Source: Torpedo marmorata (Eukaryota). Taken from it: DNA of 64,000 bases. Below, piece after piece: positions 25,501 through 36,864 of this stretch (positions are counted from its first letter, which is position 1; each line of letters opens with the position of its first letter). Where the stretch lies: positions 29,078,001-29,142,000 of the forward strand of contig OZ360239.1 in NCBI GenBank assembly GCA_977017645.1. The letters run 5' to 3'. Below the pieces are notes generated by a model. It was not told the DNA's origin, made no database searches, and saw only the letters and a list, made by a program, of their open reading frames with translations. The translations under genes and the position numbers were made by a program.

Positions 25501-27619
25501 AAAATCATTCCAATTTATTTAACAATTGTGTGCCTGTTACTTTCAGTTTGCAAAACCTTGCAAGAGAATTCAACAATTCTTATTAACTGACAGGACAAGC
25601 ATCTGTGTTCTGCAAGACGCAAAAATAAAATCACTGCTCAAAGTGGCTCAAGTTGATGATATTTGGAGGTTTTGTCATATTTAAAACCAATGGCATTGCT
25701 GGATAAATTATTCTATGTTTTCCGGCTGTCTGAGTGTTCCATGGTACCGTAAAAAAATTTGCATGCTCTTGATATTGGGCTGGAGTTACAAGTACTTTTA
25801 AAACATTTCATTGGAAAATCCTGGACAATAAATCATCCTGAATATTTGTGGGGCAGCAAGAGAGAAAGAATCTTCAAAGATTTTTCCAATGCTTTAACGT
25901 CCTGATATCTGCGGAAAAAAAGCATCCTCAATCTGCAGAGCATGCAGCTTACCCACCGCTGCAGAAAATTCTTAAATATTATCACAGCTATGCTACATAA
26001 CACGAAACATCAACATTAGTTCCTATTGTAACTTGCTTTTTATTTTAAAAGTTAAATGTGAAGATTTCTAAACCTATGAGCAAAGTTAATTTCCAATATT
26101 CTGCAGAAGAATTAATAGATTTGTGTTCATTTACATCACTATTTGGGGCAATGAGATTAAATATTTTTTTATTGCTGTGTAAATACCAATTCGCTCACTG
26201 ACCAGGCAGCAGACAGTAACCACAAGCTGCTGATTACCAGTATTTGCGGTTGTGGTTCTGCACCATGCTCTGTCCTTGAAGCTGATGCCGCACACGAATC
26301 CATTAAGAGTGTTGGTGCTCTTGATCTATTATTTACAAAGAAAACCCTCCCCTTGCCTTAGTGGCCCCTATACTTCAGCCCTCATTACAAGATCATTTTT
26401 AGACTTGCAAAAACCCCAAACACAGTTTAATCAGACCGATAGCACCTACATCCTGTCCAATCTTGTTGCAAGAGATTTCAGAAATCCAGCATTCCTAGCA
26501 TAATGCTATAATTCTGAGCAACATTATATTTAACATCCAAAATTACACATAATCAATCAGCTGAGACCATATGTCACTTGGCCCTTTTGATACAAGATTT
26601 AACAGTTTCCCACCTAATATACATTTAACCATACATTTTGTTGGTTACTGTACTTTGAGGCTGCCTCTTCGGTTATGGAACATTATAATTAAAAATCATT
26701 CTGTGACATTTTTAATATTTTGTTCAGTATGAAGACATTTTAAGGAAATTACTGAAAGGATTCAATTAATGCTTTTTGTTTGTCCACCATACTAGAAACA
26801 TTATTGTGCACACTGCTGTTAAACTTATTTATGCAATTATTTATGCTTCACTAAAGTATTTATATTTCAAACATGCAAGGCAATTTAAATTCGCAAGTTC
26901 TCATTTTTAATCACATCACCTCCTCAGTAAATCACAAGTATATTTTAAAGATACACGTTACAGAACCACAGATTAATTATTTCTCCACTATTCTATTCTT
27001 AATCATGCCACTTTTATATTTAGAAATTAGACCATTTTTATTGAGTTGTTGTTTTATTTGTTGTGAAGAGAGAACAGCGCAGCAAAATACATGTTACGTG
27101 CTGATTAATTTATACCACAATAATATTATAGTTTGTACACCTCTGAAATCCCCAAAGTACACAAGGAGTTCAGGCTGCTTGTCTTAATCATTTTGGCATT
27201 TAAAAAGCAATTATTAATTCAATTTGTCTTTATTACAGTTACCAGAGACTGATGGATAACCATCACTAGATATGCTAGAGCTCTGCATGAGAGAAATGTA
27301 CAACAATGCAATATTATAAATAGAGTGGTTAAACAACTGCTAATATTATACACCTGATACATCCCTTGAGGTGCACATCATTACCTTGGGCATGGTTGGT
27401 CCAACCATCAATAAAAATACAATGCAATGCATGCCCATTTCAAAATACAATAAACAAGTCACAATGTACAAAACATGCTTAATGAAGGGTTACTATCCAC
27501 TTCCTTAAACAAACAATTTAATCCACCTGAAGAAATATGCTAAACAATATTTTTTTATTGCTTTTAAGAGATTTGGCATGAATTCAATTGGTTTACATGT
27601 ATACGTTGAGTACAAAGGA

Positions 27620-27697
27620 AGTGGTAATTCAGCCTGGCCCGCAGAAAAAAAGAATCTCAGGGTTGGATGTGATGTCACAATAAATCTGAAATCTGAT
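27620..27697 (+). mobile_element. Rex1/Babar 3' end fragment
   Basis: Matches 6648-6737 including the caataaatctgaaatctga tail. Confidence 0.75.
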
Positions 27698-28149
27698 TGA
27701 ATTCAAAACTTAAGAGTAAAGACATACTATGATAACTACTACCTGAAGCCCATAATCACATTGGCCTTTCTGTGTGTGCGAACCATGACTGAATATCATC
27801 AAGTAACTTGACCATGTGAACCTTCAATGGAGATTCCTGAACTTTCCTGAACTGGTCAGCCACTAGAATTCAATTACAAGTGGGAATCCTGGTAAATCTT
27901 GTCTACTTTGAGCAATGTGGGGAAGCACCCTAGCTAATTAAGCGCAAGCACAAATTAACATTCGGAAATGTGCCTCCATGCCATGTGCATTGATCCATAT
28001 AGAACCAATATTTGTATTTTAATGTTCATTGTGACTTTTTTGCAAAATCATAAACTCAATGTCAAATGACAATGTTTTGGCCTGATGTGTTAAAAATGGG
28101 ACAAATGATCAACTTGGCAGGCAACATCATGTATTGTACGTATAACGAT

Positions 28150-28471
28150 GCAGTAAATGGCCATTCAGCCTGCCAAACTCATGCTGGCTCCTAGGGGCTG
28201 CAATTATGTTAGTCCCCTCCCTATCTTCCCGGTACCCCTGCAATTTATTTTCTTTCACATGTACCCATTTTACCTACAGTAACTTACAACAGCTTATTCA
28301 TCTTCCAACACATCTTTAGAATGTGCAAGGAAACCAGAGAACCTGGAGGAAACGCATGTGGTTAAGAAAAGAGCACGCAAGCGCCACACAGCTAGCACAC
28401 AAGTCACGATTATGTTCTAGTCCCTGGAGCTGTGAAGCAGTGCCACTATCTGATGCACTACCATACCACCC
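28150..28471 (-). mobile_element. Old tRNA-derived V-SINE (HE1-like)
   Basis: Decayed V-domain aggaaaccagagaacctggaggaaacgcatg; head reads gggtggtatggtagtgcatcag on minus. Confidence 0.55.
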
Positions 28472-30287
28472 AGATGGAGAAACACATTTAATTCTTTTAA
28501 TGGAAAATATTTTTGCCCTGAAACATTAATTATTGTTTTCTCTGCACAAATGATGCCCAATCACCAAGTATGTCCATCAATATCAGTTTTATTTCAGCTT
28601 TCCAAGATCTGCAGTATTTTGCTTTTGGTATTAAAAAAAATGTGGCCTGTTTTATTTCAGTGTTAAAAGACCTGCAGAATACCATGTAATTTATGGCTGC
28701 TGTGTAAAGTATGATCAAGTGTTATCGATTAGGATCTTATCTTAGTGAGCAAAGTAATAAAAAAAACACAGAACATTTCAGTAAATCAGTTTATATACTA
28801 ATACAGATAATACTTCTGATAAATGGATTTCTTCCCAAACCCAGTGTTTAGATTAAAGAAACAAATATATTTTGACAAACCACAGTTCACATCCTGTTCT
28901 GCTACAAAAGAATAATTCAAAAATACATGGATGAAATGTAGACCAATAGTCAATTTTTAAAAGATTTAAATCCATTAAAAAATGTACTGGAATTAAATTA
29001 TGTAGAACTGAAGCATTTTAGGTGCAGTGAGAAATTGTACAAGGGTGAAAAGTTTCAATTCAGAGATGAGAAAAAGATGCTCAAAAATATGTAAAAATCG
29101 AAAAACACAAACCTTTCACCAGTTGAACGTCAGGTTATTTGCTAATAAGAGGTTATAGCCAAAATGTTATTTTTATCTTTCAGATGATCGAACGTGCACT
29201 TTTAGCCCCTTTTATATACTGTAAAGACAAACTCGTCATGGACAATAATGAGGGGTGTTGGGGGGCAATCTAAAGAGATAGCTTTCTGAATCAATTCGTT
29301 TATTGTAACCTAGTCACTATAAACGCTTCTTTCCTCTGTTAAGTACACCAGTTTTATCCAAGGTTTAAACCTGCAAACCTCCTTTTGCCTTTCACAGCGC
29401 AAGTATTTTATGATTTATGAAGACTGAAGTATTTAAAATCAAGGGAAAGATCTGCTCAGAAACCACAACATCTTCACACTTCATAACAGGTTTTACCATT
29501 TACTGCTTAATGCTATCAGAGACAAGCTTCCATTATCATTGTCCGCTTGGAGTTAATCAACCGTTCTGCCTAGTCAGTACATGCTATAATATTATATGGA
29601 ATGCAACAGTGCACTTAATACCATGCTACAGTTACATGGCAATTCTCAGCCTGATGATGCCCAAAGGGTGCAATTATCTTCAATTACACCAAGTAATTTT
29701 TATTATGGAATTTTAGTCTATCACACCACATGAGAAATTGGAAATACTCACTTCATACAAATAATGTCTAATTTTCTACTTCTGTGGGGTGCAAATCCCC
29801 GTAATGTTTGATTGCATATAAATGTAAAAGAAATGTCTGCAACTAACTGCATGATGTGAGGAGTATAAAAATTCTCTATAGAAACATTACCAATTCTCTT
29901 CAAAGATTGTAAGATTTATTTTAGCAGCATTGCAGTGTGAAAAAATTTAATAAATTAGAAAGTGAATAATTGTGCAGAAAACAGCAGAAAAGTCTTTTGG
30001 CAAAGTGATCCTTTAATTGCTATTTTTAAGTGCACTTCACCAATTACTGTTTTAGAGGGAACTGATTATGTAACTCATGCAAGATAGTGAACATTGGCAG
30101 AGAAAATAAAATCAAATTTGGAATTTTTTCATAACAATCTAAATTGCTTTCATCTTGCTGGCAAGGTCAACCTTCCCAGCTCTGTGTCAGTTTGCTACCA
30201 GGATTTAATAATTACTGCTACATCTTCTCTATGGGTTCAAACATCTTGGGAGATTATTCAAATAAGTCAGACGCAGCTTCAAGAGTG

Positions 30288-30415
30288 CATTCCTGATGCA
30301 GGGTGCCGACCCAAAACATCGACAATTTCTCCCTCCCACACACCACCCACCACCCCCTCCCCCCACCACCTTGCAACAGGTACCATTCGACCCACTGAGT
30401 TCCTCTAGCAGTTTG
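30288..30415 (+). mobile_element. Older Penelope pLTR remnant (different subfamily) with decayed hammerhead
   Basis: ctgatgca-gggt-gccg-accc-aaaacatcgac...gacccactgagttcctctagca. Confidence 0.55.
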
Positions 30416-30773
30416 CATTTGTTCAAGAATGGTACATTATATTTAATTTTTCCACACGTCAATCGCTCCAGAATCAATTGAATTGCATAAAGGTAACTGC
30501 CAAGTTGTGACAAGTGGATAATCCAGATACAAAGAATAGGAAGAAACTTTCATTCAGATAAGATTTGATCTTACGATTCTAGACTCCATTTTCTTGTGCT
30601 CATGACTCACTACAACTGATGGCTAACTTGCCTGGTTGCACCTAACGTCACATGTAAACAAAAACAAAAAGTAAACACGAAAATCTGTAGACACCGTGGT
30701 TGAAGTAAAAAACACAAATGCTGGAGAACTCAGCAGGTCAAACAGTGTCTTTTATGTAGCAATGGTAGAAATA

Positions 30774-30814
30774 CATAACCGACGTTTCGGGCTTGAGCCC
30801 TTCATCAAAGTATG
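30774..30814 (-). ncRNA. Minimal type I hammerhead ribozyme motif (C3U core variant)
   Basis: RNA CAUACU-UUGAUGA-A-GGGC-UCAA-GCCC-GAA-ACGU-C^GGUUAUG: stem I CAUACU/GG(U)UAUG, stem II GGGC/GCCC, palindromic ACGU in place of stem III, GUC cleavage triplet. Confidence 0.7.
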
Positions 30815-31024
30815 AGAAAATGCCGGCAGGCGTCCGAACAAAGGATTGAGGGGGGAAGGGGGATGGCAAAGGCAGGAGATGATAGGTGGAGAAAGGAGGG
30901 AGGGGACAGCAGCAAAGAGGGGGAGGAGGGATGGCTGGGTGGGTGTAAAAAAACAGGAAGGACAGGTGAGGGGGGAGGGGAAGGGAACAACAAGCAGGTT
31001 TAGTGGAAAGCAGAAAAGTCAATG

Positions 31025-33170
31025 TTAATGCCATCTGGCTGGAGAGTGCCGAGACGGAATATGAGATGTTGTTCCTCCAATTTGCGGGTAGTCTGGGTGG
31101 GATAGTACATAAGGCCATGGACAGACATGAGTGTGGGAGTGTGACCCAGAATTGAAATGGTTGGCTACTGGGAGGTCGCTGTTGTTGCGGACGGAGAGGA
31201 GGTGCTCAGCAAAGCGGTCTCCCAATCTACGTCCGGTCTCTCCAATGTATAGAAAGCCACAAAGGGAGCACCGGATGCAGTAAATAAGTCCTCTGGATGT
31301 ACAAGTGAAGTGTAGTTTCACTTGGAAGGCCTGTTTGGGGCCCTGGACCGTGGTGAGGGGGGAGGTGTGGGCGCAGGTGTTGCACCTCCTGCGGGCACAG
31401 GGGAAGGTTCCGGGGGTGCGATGGGTGGGGAGGGACGAGTGCACGAGTGAATCACGGAGGGAGCGGCCCCTACGGAAGGCCGAGAGGGGAGGAGAAGGAA
31501 AAATGTGTCTGGTGGTGGGATCCTGCAGCAAGTGCCGGAAATTCCGGCGGATAATGTGTTGGATGCGGAGGCTGGTGGGGTGGTAGGTGAGGATGAGGGG
31601 TATTCTATGTTTGTTGCGTCTGGGGGCAGAGGGGGCCAGGGCAGATGAGCAGGAAATGGAGGAGATGCGGGTGAGGGCTGAGTTGATGGTGGTGGAGGGG
31701 AAGCCACGTTTGTGGAAAAAGGCAGACATTTCAGAAGATCTGGAATGGAACACCTCATCTTGGGAACAGATGCGGCGGAGGCAGAGAAATTGAGAGAAGG
31801 GGATGGAGTCCTTGCAGGGGACAGGGTGTGAGGATGTGTAGTCCAGATAGTTGTGGGAGTTGGAGGGTTTGTAATAAATGTCGGTGGAAAGCTTGTCTCC
31901 CGAGATGGAGACAGAGAGATCCAGGAAGGGGAGAGTGTTATCGGAGATGGACCAGGTGAGTTTGAGATCGTGGTGAAAGTTGGATGCGAAGTGGATGAAG
32001 TTGACAAGCTCATCGCGGGTGCAATAGGCAGCCCCGATATAGTCGTCGATATACCGGGAGGAAGAGATGAGGGGTCTTGCCTGTGTAGGCTTGCAGCATG
32101 GATTGCTCCACAAAGCCCACAAACAGGCAGGCGTAGCTGGGACCCATGCGGGTACCCATGGCTACTCCTTTGATTTGGAGGAAGTGGGATGAGTTGAAGG
32201 AGAAGTTATTGAGAGTGAGGACAAGTTCTGCCAGGCGGAGGAGGGTGGTGGTAGAGGGTGACTGGTCGGGTCTTTGGTCCAGGAAGAAGCGAAGTGCTTT
32301 CAGACCTTCTGTGTGGGGGATAGAGGTATAAAGGGATTGGACATCCATGGTGAAGATGATGCGGTCCGGTTCAGGGAATCTGAAGTCATTGAGGAGATGG
32401 AGGGCATGTGAGGTGTCGCGGATGTAGGTGGGGAGGGATTGGACCAGGGGAGAAAAGATGGAGTCAAGGTAAGATGAAACTAGTTCGGTGGGGCAGGAGC
32501 AGGCAGAAACAATGGGTCTGCCCGGATGGTTGGGTTTGTGTATCTTGGGTAGAAGGTAGAAACGGGCAGTGCGGGGGTGGGGGAGAATGAGGTTGGTGGC
32601 CGTGGAGGGGAGGTGACCGTAGGTGATGAGGTCGGAGATGGTGTTGGAGACAGTGGCTTGATGTGCTGTGGTGGGGTCGGTAGGAGGAGGTGTCTGAGAG
32701 TTGTCGACTGGCCTCGGCAAGGTAGAGGTCAGTGCGCCAGACAACCGCACCGCCCTTGTCTGCGGGTTTGATGGTGAGGTTGGGATTGTTGCGGAGAGAG
32801 TGGAGGGCAGAGCATTCTGAGGAGGTGAGGTTGGAATACGAGAGGGGGGTGGTGAAATTGAGACGGTTGATGTCTCGGCGGCAGTTGGAAATAAAAATGT
32901 CCAGAGCGGGCAGCTGGCCAGGGCGGGGTGTCCAGGAAGAGGAAGAAGGCTTGAAGCGGGAGAAAGGGTCTTGGGTGGGGGGTGGAGAATCACGGTCATG
33001 GAAGTGAGCACGGAGGCGACGGAAGAAGAGTTCGGCATCATGGCGTGCGCGGAACTCGTTGAGGTGTTGGCGGAGGGGGACGAAGGTGAGGCCTCTACTG
33101 AGGACGGAGCGCTCCGTCTCAGAGAGGGGGAAGGTCGGAGGGGATAGTAAAAACCAAGCAGGGGTTAGAG
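31025..33170 (-). pseudogene. Penelope RT-GIY-YIG coding region, broken by frameshifts
   Basis: ORF pieces 32010-33041 and 31025-32122 carry the RT and endonuclease motifs in different frames. Confidence 0.88.
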
Positions 33171-33184
33171 TGGGGATCGGTGTT

Positions 33185-33455
33185 GTGGAGGGTGTTGGGG
33201 GGAGGGGGAGGGTTGGGGAGGTCAGAGGGAGGAGGTGGAGGGTGGGGGAGGTTGGAGGGAGGGGGGGTCGGAGGGGGGAGGTGGGGGGTAGGGGAGGTAG
33301 GAGGGTGGGAGAGGGGGGTAGGGAGGGTAGCCAGAGAGAGGGGGGGGATGGAGGGAAGGGAAGGGATGAGGTCTGAGGGTTGGGGAGGAGAGTGGGGCAG
33401 AGAGGGGGAGATGGGGGTGGAGTAGGGAGAGGTGCAGGAGGAGAGGGAAGGAGTA
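33185..33455. repeat. G-rich low-complexity tract within the Penelope N-terminal region
   Basis: Dense GGG+ runs on plus; Pro-rich reading on minus. Confidence 0.85.
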
Positions 33456-33639
33456 GTGAGGGGATAGGTAAGTGGGATCTTGTTGCAAGATGAGGACTCC
33501 AGTGGCAGTCAGCGTGGGAGGCTCCAGCAGGTAACAGTCTGTGTCGGGAGTCGGCGGTGGAGGCATCGGGAACTCTGGTGAGTAGAGGCTCAGGGTCCGG
33601 GCTGGGGTTGGCGGCCGTAGCTTCAGGAGTACCGTCGTG

Positions 33640-34250
33640 TCGGCGCCCGGGGCGCGGGTAGGAGCAGGCAGCTGCGGCGTTGGGAGCTTCGGTGAGTCGG
33701 GGGCCTGGGTCGGGTCGGCAGCTGCGTCGTTGGGAGCTCCGTGGAGTCGGCGGCCAGGACCAGGTATCGGGTCGGCGGCTGCGTCATTGGGAGCTCCGTT
33801 GAGTCGGCGGCCGTCGCGTTGGAAGCTCCAGTGAATCGGCGGCCGGGACCAGGGATCGGGTCGGCGGCCGTCGCGTCGGGAGATCCGGTGAGTCGGCGGC
33901 CGGGGTCCAGGTTCGGGTCGGCGGCTGCGGCGTTGGGAGCTCCGGTGAGTCGGCGGCCGGGACCAGGGATCGGGTCGGTGGCTGCGGCGTTGGGAGCTCC
34001 GGTGAGTCGGCAGCCGGGGTCCAGGCCGTGGTCGGCGGCCGCGGCGTTGGGAGCTCCGGTAAGTCGACGGCCGGGATCAGGGATCGGGTCGGCTGCTGCG
34101 GCGTTGGGAGCTCCGGTAGGTCGGCGACCGGGGTCCAGGCTCTGGTCGGCGGCTGTGGCGTTGGGAGCTCCGGTGAGTCGGCGACTGGGACCAGGGATCG
34201 GGTCGGCGGACGTAGCGTTGGGAGCTCTGGAGGGCAGGCGGCCGGGGCCG
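33640..34250 (-). repeat. 57-bp GC-rich tandem repeat (114-bp dimeric higher order) within the Penelope ORF
   Basis: ggccggg recurs at 33841, 33898, 33955; encodes 19-aa units PNAxAADxxxxPGRRLTGA. Confidence 0.92.
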
Positions 34251-34769
34251 AGATGGGGATCCACGTGGAGGGTAGCAGAGGCTGCAGTTTCAAGGGAGGC
34301 AAGCTTACGGTTCTTGATGGACGCCAGGTAGGTGTAGAGCCGGCGGTTGAACGCGTGGATCCAGCGGCGGATGTAGTATAGGAGGGGTCCGCTGCAGGCC
34401 ATGGCCAGCGAGGTCCGAACATATGGGCATAACTGACATTCCGTGCAAAAGTTTTGCTACCATTCCATGCAAAGAATTGATCCCTCACACTTGCCCATCC
34501 CAAATATTCAGATCTCCAAGCATCAGCCACAAGGTTCCTAAAAATGGACAGCCTTTGTCTAAAAGTAGTAAGCCATGGAACCAGTATAGGTCCTCAGAGA
34601 TTATTGCAAGGTGTCCCTAACAAGCTTATCAAAATGGACCATCTTGCACAGGAATTGGAATTCAAACATTAAGTGGCAATTATTTGTGGTACAGAATCTT
34701 GGTCAACTGGACTGAAGTATTCGAGTACTGTTATACTGCCCTTAATAGGGGTACAGCAATAGACTTGCA

Positions 34770-34876
34770 CCATAGAACATTACAGCACAGAAACTAGACC
34801 TTTGGCCCTTCTAGTCTGTGCCGAACTATTTTTCTGCCTTGTTCCACTGACCACTCCCAGTCCATAGCCCTCCATG
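34770..34876 (-). mobile_element. CR1-type 3' tail fragment
   Basis: catagaacattacagcacagaaac...ttggcccttctagtctgtgccgaac, similar to 3052-3172. Confidence 0.55.
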
Positions 34877-35319
34877 ACTTAAAAGGTTGGAGGATGTTAA
34901 CCATTTTCAGCTCCTTTCCATCTGCTCAAGATATCTGAGGTGTGGATTGGTCTTCAAAACAGTTGAAAGGTTTGAGAACTTGGAAATTATTTTCTCCAGT
35001 GAGTAATCCAGAAGAGAACTTTGAAATCAGGGCAATGCAGCTTGAAACTGTAATAAAGAAGCAGTTTTGGTATTAATTCAAAGGGAAATGTGGAACTTTA
35101 CATGGAATGGATGTGGATTCAGTCAGATAAAAATTTTCATCCAAGATTGTATATATGACAGTAAAAAAAAACTCAGAGGTAGTGAGGTTTGTTTTGCGAG
35201 CAATCCTGCTTATCTACCTATACACAACACAATATAGAGTGCAGAGTTACAAGAGAGGCATCAGCTAGAACAAAGGCTCTGTTTACTTTACTAGTGCGCT
35301 TTTCGTTTCAGAGTCTGAC

Positions 35320-35805
35320 AGACAACAGCGAGATAAAAAACTGTCTTCTGTATCTGGTGGTGCATGATCTCACATGTGAATCTTCCCAACTGGATGAAGG
35401 AGAAGAGGGTGTGGCCAAGGTAGGATGAATCTTTTAATATGTTGGCTAATTTTCTGAGGTAGCAGGATGTGACCATGGAATCAAATGACTGGAGAGGGCT
35501 TGAGAGATCATTTGAACTGCGTTCACAACCATCTGTAGTGTCTTGTGGTCTTGAGGGAGCAGATCCCATAGCACGCAATGATGCGCCCTGATGGGATACT
35601 TTCAATTATACAACTGTAGGAGTTGTTGAGGGACGCGGGAGACATGCTGAATTTTCTCCGGTCTTTCTTTGAGAAAGACAAGGCGCTAGAGCACTTTCTT
35701 GGCTGTAGGTCGACAACGTTGGACCAAGACAGGTTGCTGGAAATGTTTATACCCAAGAAGCAGCCTACGATCACTTCAGTGCCATTGATGTGGTCAGGGG
35801 AGTGA
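35320..35805 (-). mobile_element. Old Rex1/Babar LINE RT C-terminal fragment
   Basis: FLGINISSNLSWS...RKFSMS...YSCIIES...IIACYG...ANILKDSSYLGHTLF, homologous to the 6172 copy. Confidence 0.75.
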
Positions 35806-36614
35806 GCTCCTTTTGAAGCAAAGCTATTAATAGATATGATCAAAAATGGAGAAGCGTACAGATAAGATACAATCAATCGGATAGCAGGGTAGGCTTGATT
35901 AGCTGGGTGGCCTTTTGTCCATTTCCATGCCTAAGTATAGCCTGAGAGTTCATTTCTGTCAGAGACAATCATTCTTTTCATTGAAAATTGCAGCAGCAAA
36001 GATGTTGACCATGGAAAAACAAGTGCTTTCCAAACACAGAATGGTTGAGTGCAGAAGGAAATCATTTGGCTTGTCCAGCCCAAACAGGATCTCTGCGAAA
36101 GCAATGCAGCAAGTCCAATTCCCCAAACATTTTGTGTACATGGCTAACATCGTCAGCATGGACGCTTCCAGTGCTCCAGTTTTAGTCTACTCTCACCCTG
36201 ACAATACAAGTAGCCAAAACAGAAATCCAACCAGCTACAGAGGGCTTGGTCCAGACACAAAGCCAAGATCTAAAGGTCCTGGTTGCCGGGTTAAATTAAA
36301 ATAGACAATGTTGGAACACCTAAGAAAAAAGAGTTAACGGTTCAGGTCAATGACCTTTTATACAAAAGGCTATCAGCCTCAATCACTGGCTCTGTTCTGT
36401 CTCCACAGATGCTGCTTGGCTTGATGACTTTTAAAAAAAAAAAAATCTTGCATACCCTGTTTTTATTTCAGATTTCCAGCAATTACAGTTGGTTACTTTC
36501 CAGGGTAATGAAATATTGGATCAAGAAGAAAAATTAAGCTGCAATCCCAGACTTCCAAATATAACCCAGTGGTGGCCTTGGAGTAAATACTCTATTGCAG
36601 GTAAACAAAGGCGA

Positions 36615-36864
36615 TTTTAAATTTTAAAATGTTTAAATTTAGACATACAGGCCATATCAGCCCACGAGTCCGTGCCGCCCAACTTACACCCCATTAACCT
36701 ACACCCCCCGGTACGTTTTGAACGGTGGGAGGAAACAGGAGAAAACCCATGCAGACACGGAGAGAACATACAAACTCCTTACAGACAGCACAGGATCCGA
36801 ACCCCGGTCCGGTCCCGATCACTGTAAAGTCGTGGCGCTAACCGCTATGCCAACCATGCCGCCC
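36615..36864 (-). mobile_element. tRNA-derived V-SINE (HE1-like)
   Basis: Minus-strand head gggcggcatggttggcatagcggttagcg, B-box ggttcggatcc, V-domain, CR1-like tail ending gtatgtctaaattt. Confidence 0.85.

Larger units (their letters stand above)
30671..34412 (-). mobile_element. Near-complete Penelope-like retroelement (Neptune-type) with frameshifted ORF
   Basis: N-terminal LSETERSVLSRGLTFVP and IKPADKGGAVVV; RT FYLLPKIHK..GRPIVS, TMDVQSLYTSIP, QIKGVAMGTRMGPSYA, RYIDD; Cys linker CARRRCNTC; GIY-YIG LIYCIRC..YIGETGR; 3' pLTR 30671-~31000. Confidence 0.93.

Noticed and set aside
33640-34250. CRISPR-like regular repeats (also 44681-45050)
   Set aside because: Head-to-tail tandem units with no unique spacers, no cas genes, eukaryotic context
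36330-36500. Further pLTR-like remnants (also ~28530-28630, 52140-52240, 52430-52525)
   Set aside because: Too decayed to delimit or to show a ribozyme core
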